IMG/VR virus record: IMGVR_UViG_3300028610_002211
Coordinates: 40,306 to 104,305 of that record
From: a virus
Direction: 5' to 3' (one strand)
Length of the DNA stretch: 64,000 nucleotides
The position numbers and the translations under genes are program-made. Below, one piece after another: positions 11,436-19,470 of the stretch; position 1 is the first letter of the stretch, and each line of letters starts with the position of its first letter. The notes below the pieces were generated by a model. It did not search any database. It worked only from the letters and a program-made list of their open reading frames with translations, and was not told the origin of the DNA.

Positions 11436-11783
11436 AAAAGTCAAATCGAGAAAAAAAGTCGCGAAATCAAAAGTCTTTTTGAGACCAGCACTGTTTCAAT
11501 TACTATCGCACAAGGGAGTATTTATTTTTCGATTTGGGACAACAGAAAAGAAGATCGCGAAGAAATGGCAATCGTCAAAGCGAAAGCGGTTAAGTGGATT
11601 ATGGAAAACGACGATCGCAAATGGTTGCATGCGAAATCTCGCGGTTATCGTGTTTGGTGGTGGGGCGGAAACCAAACACGCAATATGGGTTTGCGTTGTG
11701 GTATTAAAACCAAATTGACAGACGCTGAGCACCAAGCTGTTGTCGCTGGACCGGATGCGTGGCGCGCGATACAGGAAAAATAA
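11400..11783 (+). CDS. Hypothetical early protein (alternative start 11433)
   Basis: ORF follows cassette 2. Confidence 0.7.
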   Translation: MSATQNTGDKAMKSQIEKKSREIKSLFETSTVSITIAQGSIYFSIWDNRKEDREEMAIVKAKAVKWIMENDDRKWLHAKSRGYRVWWWGGNQTRNMGLRCGIKTKLTDAEHQAVVAGPDAWRAIQEK

Positions 11784-11864
11784 ATGTCACTTTTTTCTTG
11801 ACTTCTGAATTAAGCGTGTTAAACTTATAATATGAGCGCAACACACAAAGGAGCAAGCAAAATG
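11776..11864 (+). promoter_or_regulatory. Promoter/leader cassette, copy 3
   Basis: Nearly identical to copy 2 over about 65 nt; ATG(11832), AAGGAG, ATG(11862). Confidence 0.85.
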
Positions 11865-12125
11865 TTTGGACAAAACAGAATTGAAATAGTCAAAGAGACC
11901 CGTGATGATGGAACCGGCGCTTTTGAACGTTTGACCGATTCAGCGTTTTACTCGGTTAATCCCGAGCGTTGGACTAATGAAGCCGGGCGCCGATCTTGTC
12001 AGTTGGTTCTTTACTTCGAGATCCCGAGCGGGACAAAAGTTCCTGTGTTGGTAGCCGAACAAGATGATAGCTTTGGCCGGGCGCAGCTGTGGGCGCATGT
12101 CGCCGAATGTACCGCGCTAAGGTAA
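11832..12125 (+). CDS. Hypothetical early protein (alternative start 11862)
   Basis: ORF follows cassette 3; GC-rich hairpin gggcgcc/gggcgccc at about 12144-12163. Confidence 0.7.
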   Translation: MSATHKGASKMFGQNRIEIVKETRDDGTGAFERLTDSAFYSVNPERWTNEAGRRSCQLVLYFEIPSGTKVPVLVAEQDDSFGRAQLWAHVAECTALR

Positions 12126-12192
12126 ACCTTAACCCCCAATTTTGGGCGCCTTACGGGGCGCCCAGGGGCGTCTCGATTGTCTAACTTTTTTC

Positions 12193-12221
12193 TTGACATG
12201 TAAAATGGCTTGGTTCATAAT
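12193..12221 (+). promoter_or_regulatory. sigma70-type promoter
   Basis: TTGACA-17 nt-CATAAT before ORF 12238. Confidence 0.65.
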
Positions 12222-12237
12222 TGAGACAGGGTGAAAA

Positions 12238-14630
12238 ATGGCTAGTATTTTAGATCTCAGAATCTGTTTAGAAAAAGATGGTTGGGCGTTATACGATCCG
12301 AGCACAAAACAACATATTGAGCGCGGTTTAGACGAAAATGGTTTGATTGATCTCTATGGAAAAACGTTTGAACGTGTGGCGCGTGAAAGTGTAAGAATCG
12401 CGATCGAAAAAGCAAAAAAACAGTATTTAAAGGACACAAACTAAATGGGTTATCGAATTTACGATCTAGGTGTTTTGCCAAATGAGTTTTTACCTGAATT
12501 TGTTGCCGCTTTTTGCGATCAAAAACACAAAGGCGATCTACTTTTGGTTCACCCGATAAAAAATAACACCGAAAAACTTTTGATGATAAAATGTAAAAAG
12601 AGTCGTTTGGTATGTTATGCTAGTTGGCTCGATGGTTGGAAAACTGCAAAAGGGTTAATGGGGTTATCTCCCAAATGACCAAAATTGATTTTCTAAAAGT
12701 GTTTGTCACCAGAGAAAGAATTTATCGTTCGAATTCACATTATAGGGGCGATTTGAGAGCTATTAAACACGCGGTATTATTAAACGGGTGGACGATACCG
12801 ATCCAAATGTTAACGGCGCTCAAAAAGATTCTACCGGACTCCACACAAGTAATTATACACAATCCGCTTTGTGGTTTTGATATTGCGTTAGAGTTTAGAT
12901 ATGAAAGTGGTCAAATGAATGAAAGTGGTCGAATAACATTTTATAAAAGCTTTGTTGATGAGAAAAGTTACTTTTATAGCGATCCAAAATCAAATTTGGT
13001 GGATAAATAGGAGCGATAAAGAGATGAAGTTAAAAGATTTTACAGTGATACAAGTTTGGGGGGTTGATAAAAATGACAAAATTTTTATTTTAGCTCAAAT
13101 TATCCCACAAGACGACGAAAGAACAATTATCGATTTGAAGAAAATCGTTGAATCATTTAAACCTAAATCAAAAGAAGAAATGGAGTTTTTGAGAAAATGA
13201 TTTTTACAACTTTGAAAAGCGCTTTCGAAAAGTCACCAAAAATAGAGAGGCCTGAAACAATCGCTTTGCTATCTGGGGTTGATTGTTTTGTAATTATTGC
13301 AAATCGCGTTTGGTTAAAAACCGTTGGTGAATTTTCGATCTGTGATCATAATTGGAAATCTTGGGTTAAAGATAGTTTGCCAATGGCGTATTGTGATGAT
13401 GAACTTGACGATTGTGACGATTTGGTATTGAGCAGTTGCAACTTTTTGGTATTGCCAAACGAAAAACGTAAATTGGCCCAAAGACAATTGGATCGAATTT
13501 GGCGTAATATCCCAAAGCCACAAAAACCAGGTTCTGTTAATTTGCCGGTTGCTCTAAAGTGTGGTGAATGTAATGATCCATTATCTGGTACCGTCTATTT
13601 TTTAAAAGGCGAAGAACCGGAGTTTGTGATTTTTGTTGAGCGTTGTCGTTGTAACGATAACGACGAATAAACAGAGGAGCAAAAAAATGACTATAGAAGC
13701 AATCGAAAAACTACACCTTTCACAAAAATTGACACGGGAAGAAATCGATTTTGCAAAAGAGGTTGCAAGGGTGAAGCGGTGTTACTCTGATTGTTTGAAA
13801 GCTGCAATGTCAAATAAAGGTTGGAAACTCGATCCAATCAAAAGTCAGTTCACTTTACAAAAGAAGAAAAAAAATAAGAATTTTATTGATGTTGATGTTT
13901 TGAACGGGATAACAAACCCACAAAGCGGCAAAGTTTTGGTTGAAGCTGGGTTTATCGATCAACGGATTTGGGATCTTGCTCAATATGCTTTTTTAAGTAT
14001 TCCATCGTGGGACAGGTTTTTTGGATCTATTGCCGCCGCACTTAGGTAAAAAAATGGATCCGAAAAAACTTGACATAACATTGAGCTTTAAAGGTAGTGC
14101 TGCAAACGGTGGGACAAAGATAACCGGGCGCGATAACATCATTGCTTGGATGGCAGAATGCAAAACAATCCTCGACAAACTCGATCAGATAACCAACGAT
14201 CACGATCTCGCTGCTTTCTTCGGTGTTCTTTGCGAGTTTGAATTTACCGATTTTAGAAATGAACTTGAGCGAGCGTTTAAAGCCTGCAAAAATGTTTTAG
14301 AAAGCCCATTTTAGAAAGGGGTTGTAAATGGATAGTGAATCGATTGCAACTTTGATTGCAGGATTTTTTATGGGTGGATTTTTTGGAGTTTGTTTGACCG
14401 CGCTTTGGCTTAAAACGAAAAGCGGTTTTGCTTCGTTGTCTTTGTCTTTCAAACCGAAAGACAAAAAACAAGTTCCCACCCTTTTTTCTCCGGTTACTAG
14501 TTGCAGACATTGCGGATCGAATAATATTTTAATCGAACAAGCAAAAGGTTTGTACCGCTGCGAACATTGTTTTTTCTTGGGTCGCTTGTTTGTTGATCCT
14601 ACAACCGGAGAACCCCGCAAATTTTCCTGA
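12238..14630 (+). CDS. Operon of small hypothetical genes (12238-12444, 12445-12678, 12675-13010, ~13023-13200, 13197-13670, ~13687-14049, ~14054-14314, 14328-14630 with a TM helix and Zn ribbon)
   Basis: Contiguous + strand ORFs with SD sequences. Confidence 0.6.
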
Positions 14631-14642
14631 AAGGAGTTTTTA

Positions 14643-14886
14643 ATGATTCCAACATACACAGAAATCGATCTTGAACCTTGGCTTGGCGCTTCGGGCGTTG
14701 AACGCTTCTCAACGTTAGACACACTACAAGGCTATTTCGAGCCCGAAAACCTCAAAGCAATCCTTGGGCCCGGATGTTGACCTTGAAAGGGCACAGCTGG
14801 CTTGTGAGCAAGCTACAACGCAATGGAAACAGCAACACGAAGACGATCCGTGCAGTTCTTGCCCGGTTGGGCGTTGGATGTCATAA
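14643..14886 (+). pseudogene. Small gene interrupted by an apparent frameshift near 14770
   Basis: AAGGAG-led ORF stops at 14780; the +1 frame continues as PDVDLERAQLACEQ...CSSCPV. Confidence 0.35.
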
Positions 14887-14922
14887 AAGAACCGATCAAA
14901 ACCAGGTTGTAAAAATTATTTT

Positions 14923-15014
14923 AAAATAAATGTCGTTTTTTTCTTGACATCTGAATTAAGGGGTGTTAAGTTTATAGTATGAACAGCGCAACACACAAAG
15001 GAGCCAAGACAATG
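14923..15014 (+). promoter_or_regulatory. Promoter/leader cassette, copy 4
   Basis: TTGACA(14944)-17 nt-TAAGTT, TATAGT, ATG(14979), AGCGCAACAC, AAGGAG, ATG(15012). Confidence 0.85.
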
Positions 15015-15188
15015 AAAAGCGAAGAAATGATAGCCAAAATTGAAAGTGAAAAGAGGGAAGTTAATCGGCGCCTTAAGGATTACGATCTGGCGCAAACTAC
15101 ACCAAATAATTTGACAATCAGGGTGATAAGCCGTTTAAAAGGCAAGTTGTCTGGATTAGAGTTTGCCTTAAAACTGTTGAAAAAATAA
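14979..15188 (+). CDS. Small helical protein, divergent 'GKLNGLRFAL' family member
   Basis: RLKGKLSGLEFALKLLK. Confidence 0.7.
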   Translation: MNSATHKGAKTMKSEEMIAKIESEKREVNRRLKDYDLAQTTPNNLTIRVISRLKGKLSGLEFALKLLKK

Positions 15189-15431
15189 ATGAAAGAGGCA
15201 AGCAAAATGAAAATCCAAATCGCTAGTTTATACGCAAACGAGAAAAACAAAAAAAAGGCCGATCGGATCAAAAAGGCACTACAAGGAAAAACGTCTTTTA
15301 ATTTGCAAGTGTCGGCGGTCAACAAGGGTGGAAACCTCATTATCACAGTTTCGAGTAGCTTTGCCGAAAACATGGTTGAATTGGCTGAGATGGTTATGAC
15401 TCTTCTTGTTGACTTGATCGACGGTGAATAA
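15189..15431 (+). CDS. Hypothetical protein
   Basis: ORF with a likely start at MKIQ after GAGG. Confidence 0.55.
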   Translation: MKEASKMKIQIASLYANEKNKKKADRIKKALQGKTSFNLQVSAVNKGGNLIITVSSSFAENMVELAEMVMTLLVDLIDGE

Positions 15432-16710
15432 AATGAAAAACGTAACACAAGAAAGAAAAATTTTTTGGTACAATCGTTTCGATTTTTTGGCGGTAGCAAT
15501 TCTTTTTTGGGCCACTATCAAAAAGAGCGCTTTCAACAATGCGCGCTTGGTTTTCAACGGCGAAACCCGCGTTGTTAGGGGTCGGACCGAATATTCACCC
15601 AACATCACAGAATACGGTTTTGAAGTTGTTTGCGACATCAACGATCATATCGAAATCCCTGGACACCGCTTTGTTGGAATCGCCGTAAACAAAGGACCGG
15701 GTTGGATCGTTACCAACTTCACTGACGATTTCAAATTCACCAAAGAGGTTGTTGACTCTTTGGATCCACAACGTTGTGATATGTGCGGACACAAAAGAGA
15801 CCGGGTTCGTTTGATGATTCTCGAAAACACCGATACCAAAGAGCTTGTGATCGTGGGTGGCAGCTGCGCAAAGAATTTTCGCAACGTCAATCTTGAAGAC
15901 TTGGTCCGCAAAATGACAATTTTCTCAAGCAACTTTGGCTGTATGGACCCTGATGAATTGGGCGGTTTTGGCGGCGGCGGTCGTAGAATTTTGGATTTGG
16001 TTGAGTCGATCGCGGTTGGCGAATTGTTGATCTCTCGACTCGGGTACACCTCAAGAAAAAAAGCAGATATAGGAATGACTTATGCTACTTCAGATTTGAT
16101 CGCCGATTATTTCGCGAGCAAGGGTAAGTCTTACAAATCCATCAAAGCCGTTATGGACCGCTCAAGGTTAGACCTTGCTCAGCGCATTAAAGAGCTTACA
16201 AACGGCGGTCTGAAGGCGCTTAGGGCTCATTTCGAGCGCGCTAACGAGCGCCGTTGGTCTGAATTCAACAGCAACATGGTTGTTTGGTTGTCTTGTAAAG
16301 AAGACGTTCCGCTTGGTGTCGCTGCTTACCTCGCTTTTGTCAACCTCGAAGGCGCCAAAGAATCGGACCGGACCGATCAGAAAGTTGCCGGCTTCGACGG
16401 TGCACCGATCAAAAAAATGTCAGATTTCGGTTGGTTCAAAGTGGTAAACGTTAGAGCAAAGGAGAATGATTACACTGGTAACACTGATTTTTGTTTCACT
16501 TGTTTGAACGCCGATTCACAAAAACTTTGGTTCAAGGTTGGCGAGAATAGCGTTGCAAATAAAGCTTATGATCAAGTTGTCTCGGGTGATGGGGTTAACC
16601 AAGATCAAGAGATCTGGATCGATGTTCGTGGCAAATTGACCCGAAGCAAAAGTGAAATTGCTTTTGCTTCGCACATCAAATTCAAAAAAGTTGAAATCCG
16701 CACAATCTAA
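15424..16710 (+). CDS. Conserved phage protein with a Zn-binding motif and possibly a C-terminal OB-like fold
   Basis: CDMCGHKRDR...VGGSC motif; 428-aa ORF; beta-rich C-terminus. Confidence 0.6.
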   Translation: MNKMKNVTQERKIFWYNRFDFLAVAILFWATIKKSAFNNARLVFNGETRVVRGRTEYSPNITEYGFEVVCDINDHIEIPGHRFVGIAVNKGPGWIVTNFTDDFKFTKEVVDSLDPQRCDMCGHKRDRVRLMILENTDTKELVIVGGSCAKNFRNVNLEDLVRKMTIFSSNFGCMDPDELGGFGGGGRRILDLVESIAVGELLISRLGYTSRKKADIGMTYATSDLIADYFASKGKSYKSIKAVMDRSRLDLAQRIKELTNGGLKALRAHFERANERRWSEFNSNMVVWLSCKEDVPLGVAAYLAFVNLEGAKESDRTDQKVAGFDGAPIKKMSDFGWFKVVNVRAKENDYTGNTDFCFTCLNADSQKLWFKVGENSVANKAYDQVVSGDGVNQDQEIWIDVRGKLTRSKSEIAFASHIKFKKVEIRTI

Positions 16711-16721
16711 ACAATTTCGAA

Positions 16722-16761
16722 AAGCAAACAAAGGGTGCGGGAAACCGCGCTCTTTGTCTTT
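16722..16761. terminator. Bidirectional intrinsic terminator
   Basis: aaagggtgcgg-gaaa-ccgcgctcttt, A-rich on the left and T-rich on the right. Confidence 0.7.
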
Positions 16762-16897
16762 GCAGAATGTCCAGGGCGCCCTTGTGCGCGCGCCCGCGCG
16801 CGGGCGCATACTCGGGCAAGGGTTAAACACAACGGCCGTTAGAACGGCGCACAAAGGTTCTGAGAAGGAAGTGAGATAAACAGATCCTAAAGGATAA
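16722..16897 (-). ncRNA. Candidate sigma54-driven structured small RNA 1
   Basis: Non-coding; bounded by a sigma54 site and a terminator; arms ccttgtgcgc (16780) / gcgcacaaagg (16847). Confidence 0.4.
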
Positions 16898-16905
16898 TAT
16901 CTAAA

Positions 16906-16923
16906 TTGCAATCTGCGTGCCAA
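16906..16923 (-). promoter_or_regulatory. sigma54 (RpoN) -24/-12 site
   Basis: Minus strand reads TTGGCACGCAGATTGCAA = TGGCACG-N4-TTGCA consensus. Confidence 0.75.
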
Positions 16924-16942
16924 AGGAAAAATAATTTTTTTT

Positions 16943-17027
16943 AAAATAAAAGTGAGAATTTTCTTGACATCTGAATTAGCTGTGTTAAGTTTATAATATG
17001 AGCGCAACAATAAGGAGCAAGACAATG
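16943..17027 (+). promoter_or_regulatory. Promoter/leader cassette, copy 5
   Basis: TTGACA(16964)-16 nt-TAAGTT, TATAAT, ATG(16998), AGCGCAACA, AAGGAG, ATG(17025). Confidence 0.85.
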
Positions 17028-17512
17028 AACGTTAAAATGAAAAAAGGAGAAACAGGTTATTTCAAGGGTGACAAAATACAATTCACCGGAAAAGAAGAAG
17101 TTCTTTACGGTGGGCTTTTCGATGAGTTTGTTTATCTCGAAGGTTATAAAAAAGCAGCTAAAAAAGCATAATGCACAAAGGAGCAAGTAAAATGAACACC
17201 ACTAACAATAATAAAAATACTGTCGAAGAAAAAAGAACAACAATCGAGGTTTTCGACCCTAAAAAATTCGATCACAACCAAAGGTGGTTTCAACCGATCA
17301 ACAATTTTGCTTTTCTTGGACAAGCTTCCGGTATGGCGCTCGCTCACGATCCGATTTATAGGGATAGTCTATGGGCCGAAACAGTACCGCACCCTAATTT
17401 TTTGCGCGATGTCGAGAGAAAATTTCCCGGTCATGTGTTGGTTTATGATGATATGGGTCATGGACGCGATTGGATTCTCTCGATCAAAGGTTCTATTCCT
17501 TCGAACGAATAG
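16998..17512 (+). CDS. Small genes 16998/17025-17171 (absent from the ORF track) and 17171/17192-17512
   Basis: SD-led ORFs; the second reuses the leader fragment cacaaaggagcaag. Confidence 0.65.
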
Positions 17513-17671
17513 CGTTCAACGCCCTTGTGCGCGCCCCTGTGGTAACTTTTGTTTGTCTCCTGTGTTGCGCTAACCATGGGGATTTGAGTCGAACAGGAGC
17601 GCGCACAAGGGTGTTGAACCCGTTCAACAGCTTCAATGAACCTGCCAAAATAAACAGATCCTAAAGGATAA
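17510..17671 (-). ncRNA. Candidate sigma54-driven structured small RNA 2, carrying a copy of the cassette leader in its loop
   Basis: 27-bp near-perfect inverted repeat (17514-17540 / 17593-17619); the loop reads AGCGCAACACAGGAGACAAACAAAA on the minus strand. Confidence 0.45.
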
Positions 17672-17679
17672 TATCTAAA

Positions 17680-17697
17680 TTGCAATTCACGTGCCAA
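17680..17697 (-). promoter_or_regulatory. sigma54 -24/-12 site
   Basis: Minus strand reads TTGGCACGTGAATTGCAA. Confidence 0.75.
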
Positions 17698-17716
17698 GAA
17701 AAAAACCACTTCTGTT

Positions 17717-17809
17717 TAATTTAAATGTCGTTTTTCGGTTGACATCTAAATTAGAATGATTAAGCTTTATAGTATGAGCGCAACACAAAACACGGGAGAA
17801 AACAAAATG
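17717..17809 (+). promoter_or_regulatory. Promoter/leader cassette, copy 6
   Basis: TTGACA(17739)-16 nt-TAAGCT, ATG(17774), AGCGCAACAC, GGAG, ATG(17807). Confidence 0.8.
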
Positions 17810-18393
17810 ACAAAAATCGAAATGGCTCAGTATATTGTTGAGGTCTTGTATCAGTTGGACCACGTACCTGCCCGAGATCACATCCATGTCCAGCGAATAG
17901 CTCGCAGGCCGAAGGTTGCCTTGGAGAATTTGTACGAAAGAGCTTTCGTGGTCGAAGAAGAGCTGAAGGCGAAAAAAACCATAGCTAGCCTGTAAACCAA
18001 AACTGCAAACGGGGGGGGTAACACTCCCCGAAAGGGTGTCCGATGAACGACAAAATAAAAAAAATACTGTTCGAATTGTCGGCCGATTTCACTTTGGCTG
18101 GTATCCAACAAGGGCGCAAATCGTTACACGAGGATAAAGCGCTTTGCCTCAAGGTTTCGAAATTACGAAACGCGATCGATCTTTTGTCACTCCAAAGAGC
18201 GCAACTTGCGCGTTGTTGGGAAGGTGTTTCGATTACTTCTATCGTTGAAACGGTCAAAGAATGTTTGGGCGCAGCGCTTGAATTGGGATCTTTTTTGGGT
18301 AATAACTACCCCGCCGAGTATATCGAAATCGAGTTGCATGGTACAAAATACGTCGAAAAATGTTGGGCCTTGATTGGCGTTTTGTCCGTTTAA
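17774..18393 (+). CDS. Small genes 17774/17807-17995 and 18043-18393
   Basis: ORFs follow cassette 6. Confidence 0.6.
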
Positions 18394-18415
18394 AATCGTA
18401 TTTCATCCCGGTTTA

Positions 18416-18445
18416 AAGGTGTTTCGAAAGGGGCGCCTTTTTTTA
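18416..18445 (+). terminator. Intrinsic terminator
   Basis: aaaggtgtttc-gaaa-ggggcgcc followed by a T run. Confidence 0.65.
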
Positions 18446-18476
18446 TTTCTGTGTAATTCACAAGTCAGGATAATCT

Positions 18477-18494
18477 TTGGCACGTAAATTGCTA
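18477..18494 (+). promoter_or_regulatory. sigma54 -24/-12 site
   Basis: TTGGCACGTAAATTGCTA. Confidence 0.75.
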
Positions 18495-18502
18495 CGCGTG
18501 TT

Positions 18503-18700
18503 GTAAATATTATCCTTTAGAATCTGTCCATCCGTTTCGGCGTCCGAATTAACCGCTTATTTTTGTTGGCGTTAGGCTTTGTGTTTGAAAACGAGTTCAA
18601 GGGCCTTGTGCGCCTTCTCAAGGCGTTTTAACGGGTCAACCTATACCAGGGGTTGAGTTAAAAAAACGGTCGTTAAAACGCCTTGTGGATATCTTGTGTT
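18503..18700 (+). ncRNA. Candidate sigma54-driven structured small RNA 3
   Basis: Shares TATTATCCTTTAG(G/A)ATCTGT and ccttgtgcgc with RNAs 1 and 2; perfect 15-bp inverted repeat at 18619-18633 / 18671-18685. Confidence 0.4.
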
Positions 18701-18723
18701 TAATTCACATGTTGATAAATAGT

Positions 18724-18741
18724 TTGGAATGAATATTGCAA
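18724..18741 (+). promoter_or_regulatory. Variant sigma54 site
   Basis: TTGGAATGAATATTGCAA with correct GG/GC spacing; same upstream box and downstream TTTAGAATCTGT as the 18477 copy. Confidence 0.55.
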
Positions 18742-18837
18742 CGCGCGCTTGTTTACATTTAGAATCTGTACATCCGCTTCAACCTTCGATATAAATTGCG
18801 TTTTGACTTTTTAGTTAAAGAGTGTTAAAACCTGTTC

Positions 18838-19338
18838 ATGAAAATTCTAAGACGAAAAAACATAAAAAGCTTTCCGGGTTATCAAATTTCAAACTTTGGA
18901 ACAGTTAGGAGAGAAGTTTATAAATTGTACGGGATTAAGGAAACGAGGATATTTCCTCATATCAATAATGGTTATCAAATTGCCAATTTAAAAAGCGAAT
19001 CTGGGGAGCAAAAGAAAGTGCCTATTCACAAACTTGTTGCAAAAGCTTTCGTTTCCGGCTGGTTTGAGGGCGCAATTGTTGATCATATCGACGAGAATAA
19101 GCAGAATAATTTTTTCAAAAATCTTCGCTGGGTAACTCATCGCTTTAATTCCTCTCGACGTAAGCGCGATCTGCCTTTGAATGTTTCAAAATTTCGAAAT
19201 CGAAATAGTTATATTGTTCGAGTTTATTTCGGTGGTGAAATCGTTTATTTGGGCTCATATAAGACGGTTGAAGAAGCTTCGAGGGTTGCTGAAAGGGCGC
19301 GCAAGCAAGCGGAAAAAGGGGAAAAACCAACTCGTTAA
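18838..19338 (+). CDS. NUMOD4/HNH homing endonuclease with an AP2-like C-terminus
   Basis: YQISNFGTVR; IHKLVAKAF..VDHIDENKQNN..NLRWVT; YLGSYKTVEEA. Confidence 0.9.
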   Translation: MKILRRKNIKSFPGYQISNFGTVRREVYKLYGIKETRIFPHINNGYQIANLKSESGEQKKVPIHKLVAKAFVSGWFEGAIVDHIDENKQNNFFKNLRWVTHRFNSSRRKRDLPLNVSKFRNRNSYIVRVYFGGEIVYLGSYKTVEEASRVAERARKQAEKGEKPTR

Positions 19339-19470
19339 TTTTTTTAGTTTCGGCGAAGCTAAATCAGAGGGTTAAAATTCTTCTAATTTAAATGTCGTTT
19401 TTCGGTTGACTTCTGAATTAAACAGGTATACAATCAAACAAGAGGTGTTCGACTAAATGGAGGTGTTTAA

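Noticed and set aside
10687-17809. CRISPR-like array suggested by the repeated ~90-bp modules
   Set aside because: Spacing is irregular (0.4-3 kb), the intervening DNA is protein-coding, the repeats are promoters, and no cas genes are present.
18503-19338. RNA-guided nuclease system (ncRNA next to an HNH gene, IscB/HEARO-like)
   Set aside because: The protein is a 166-aa NUMOD4-HNH-AP2 homing endonuclease with no RuvC or bridge helix, and it has its own promoter; adjacency alone is insufficient.
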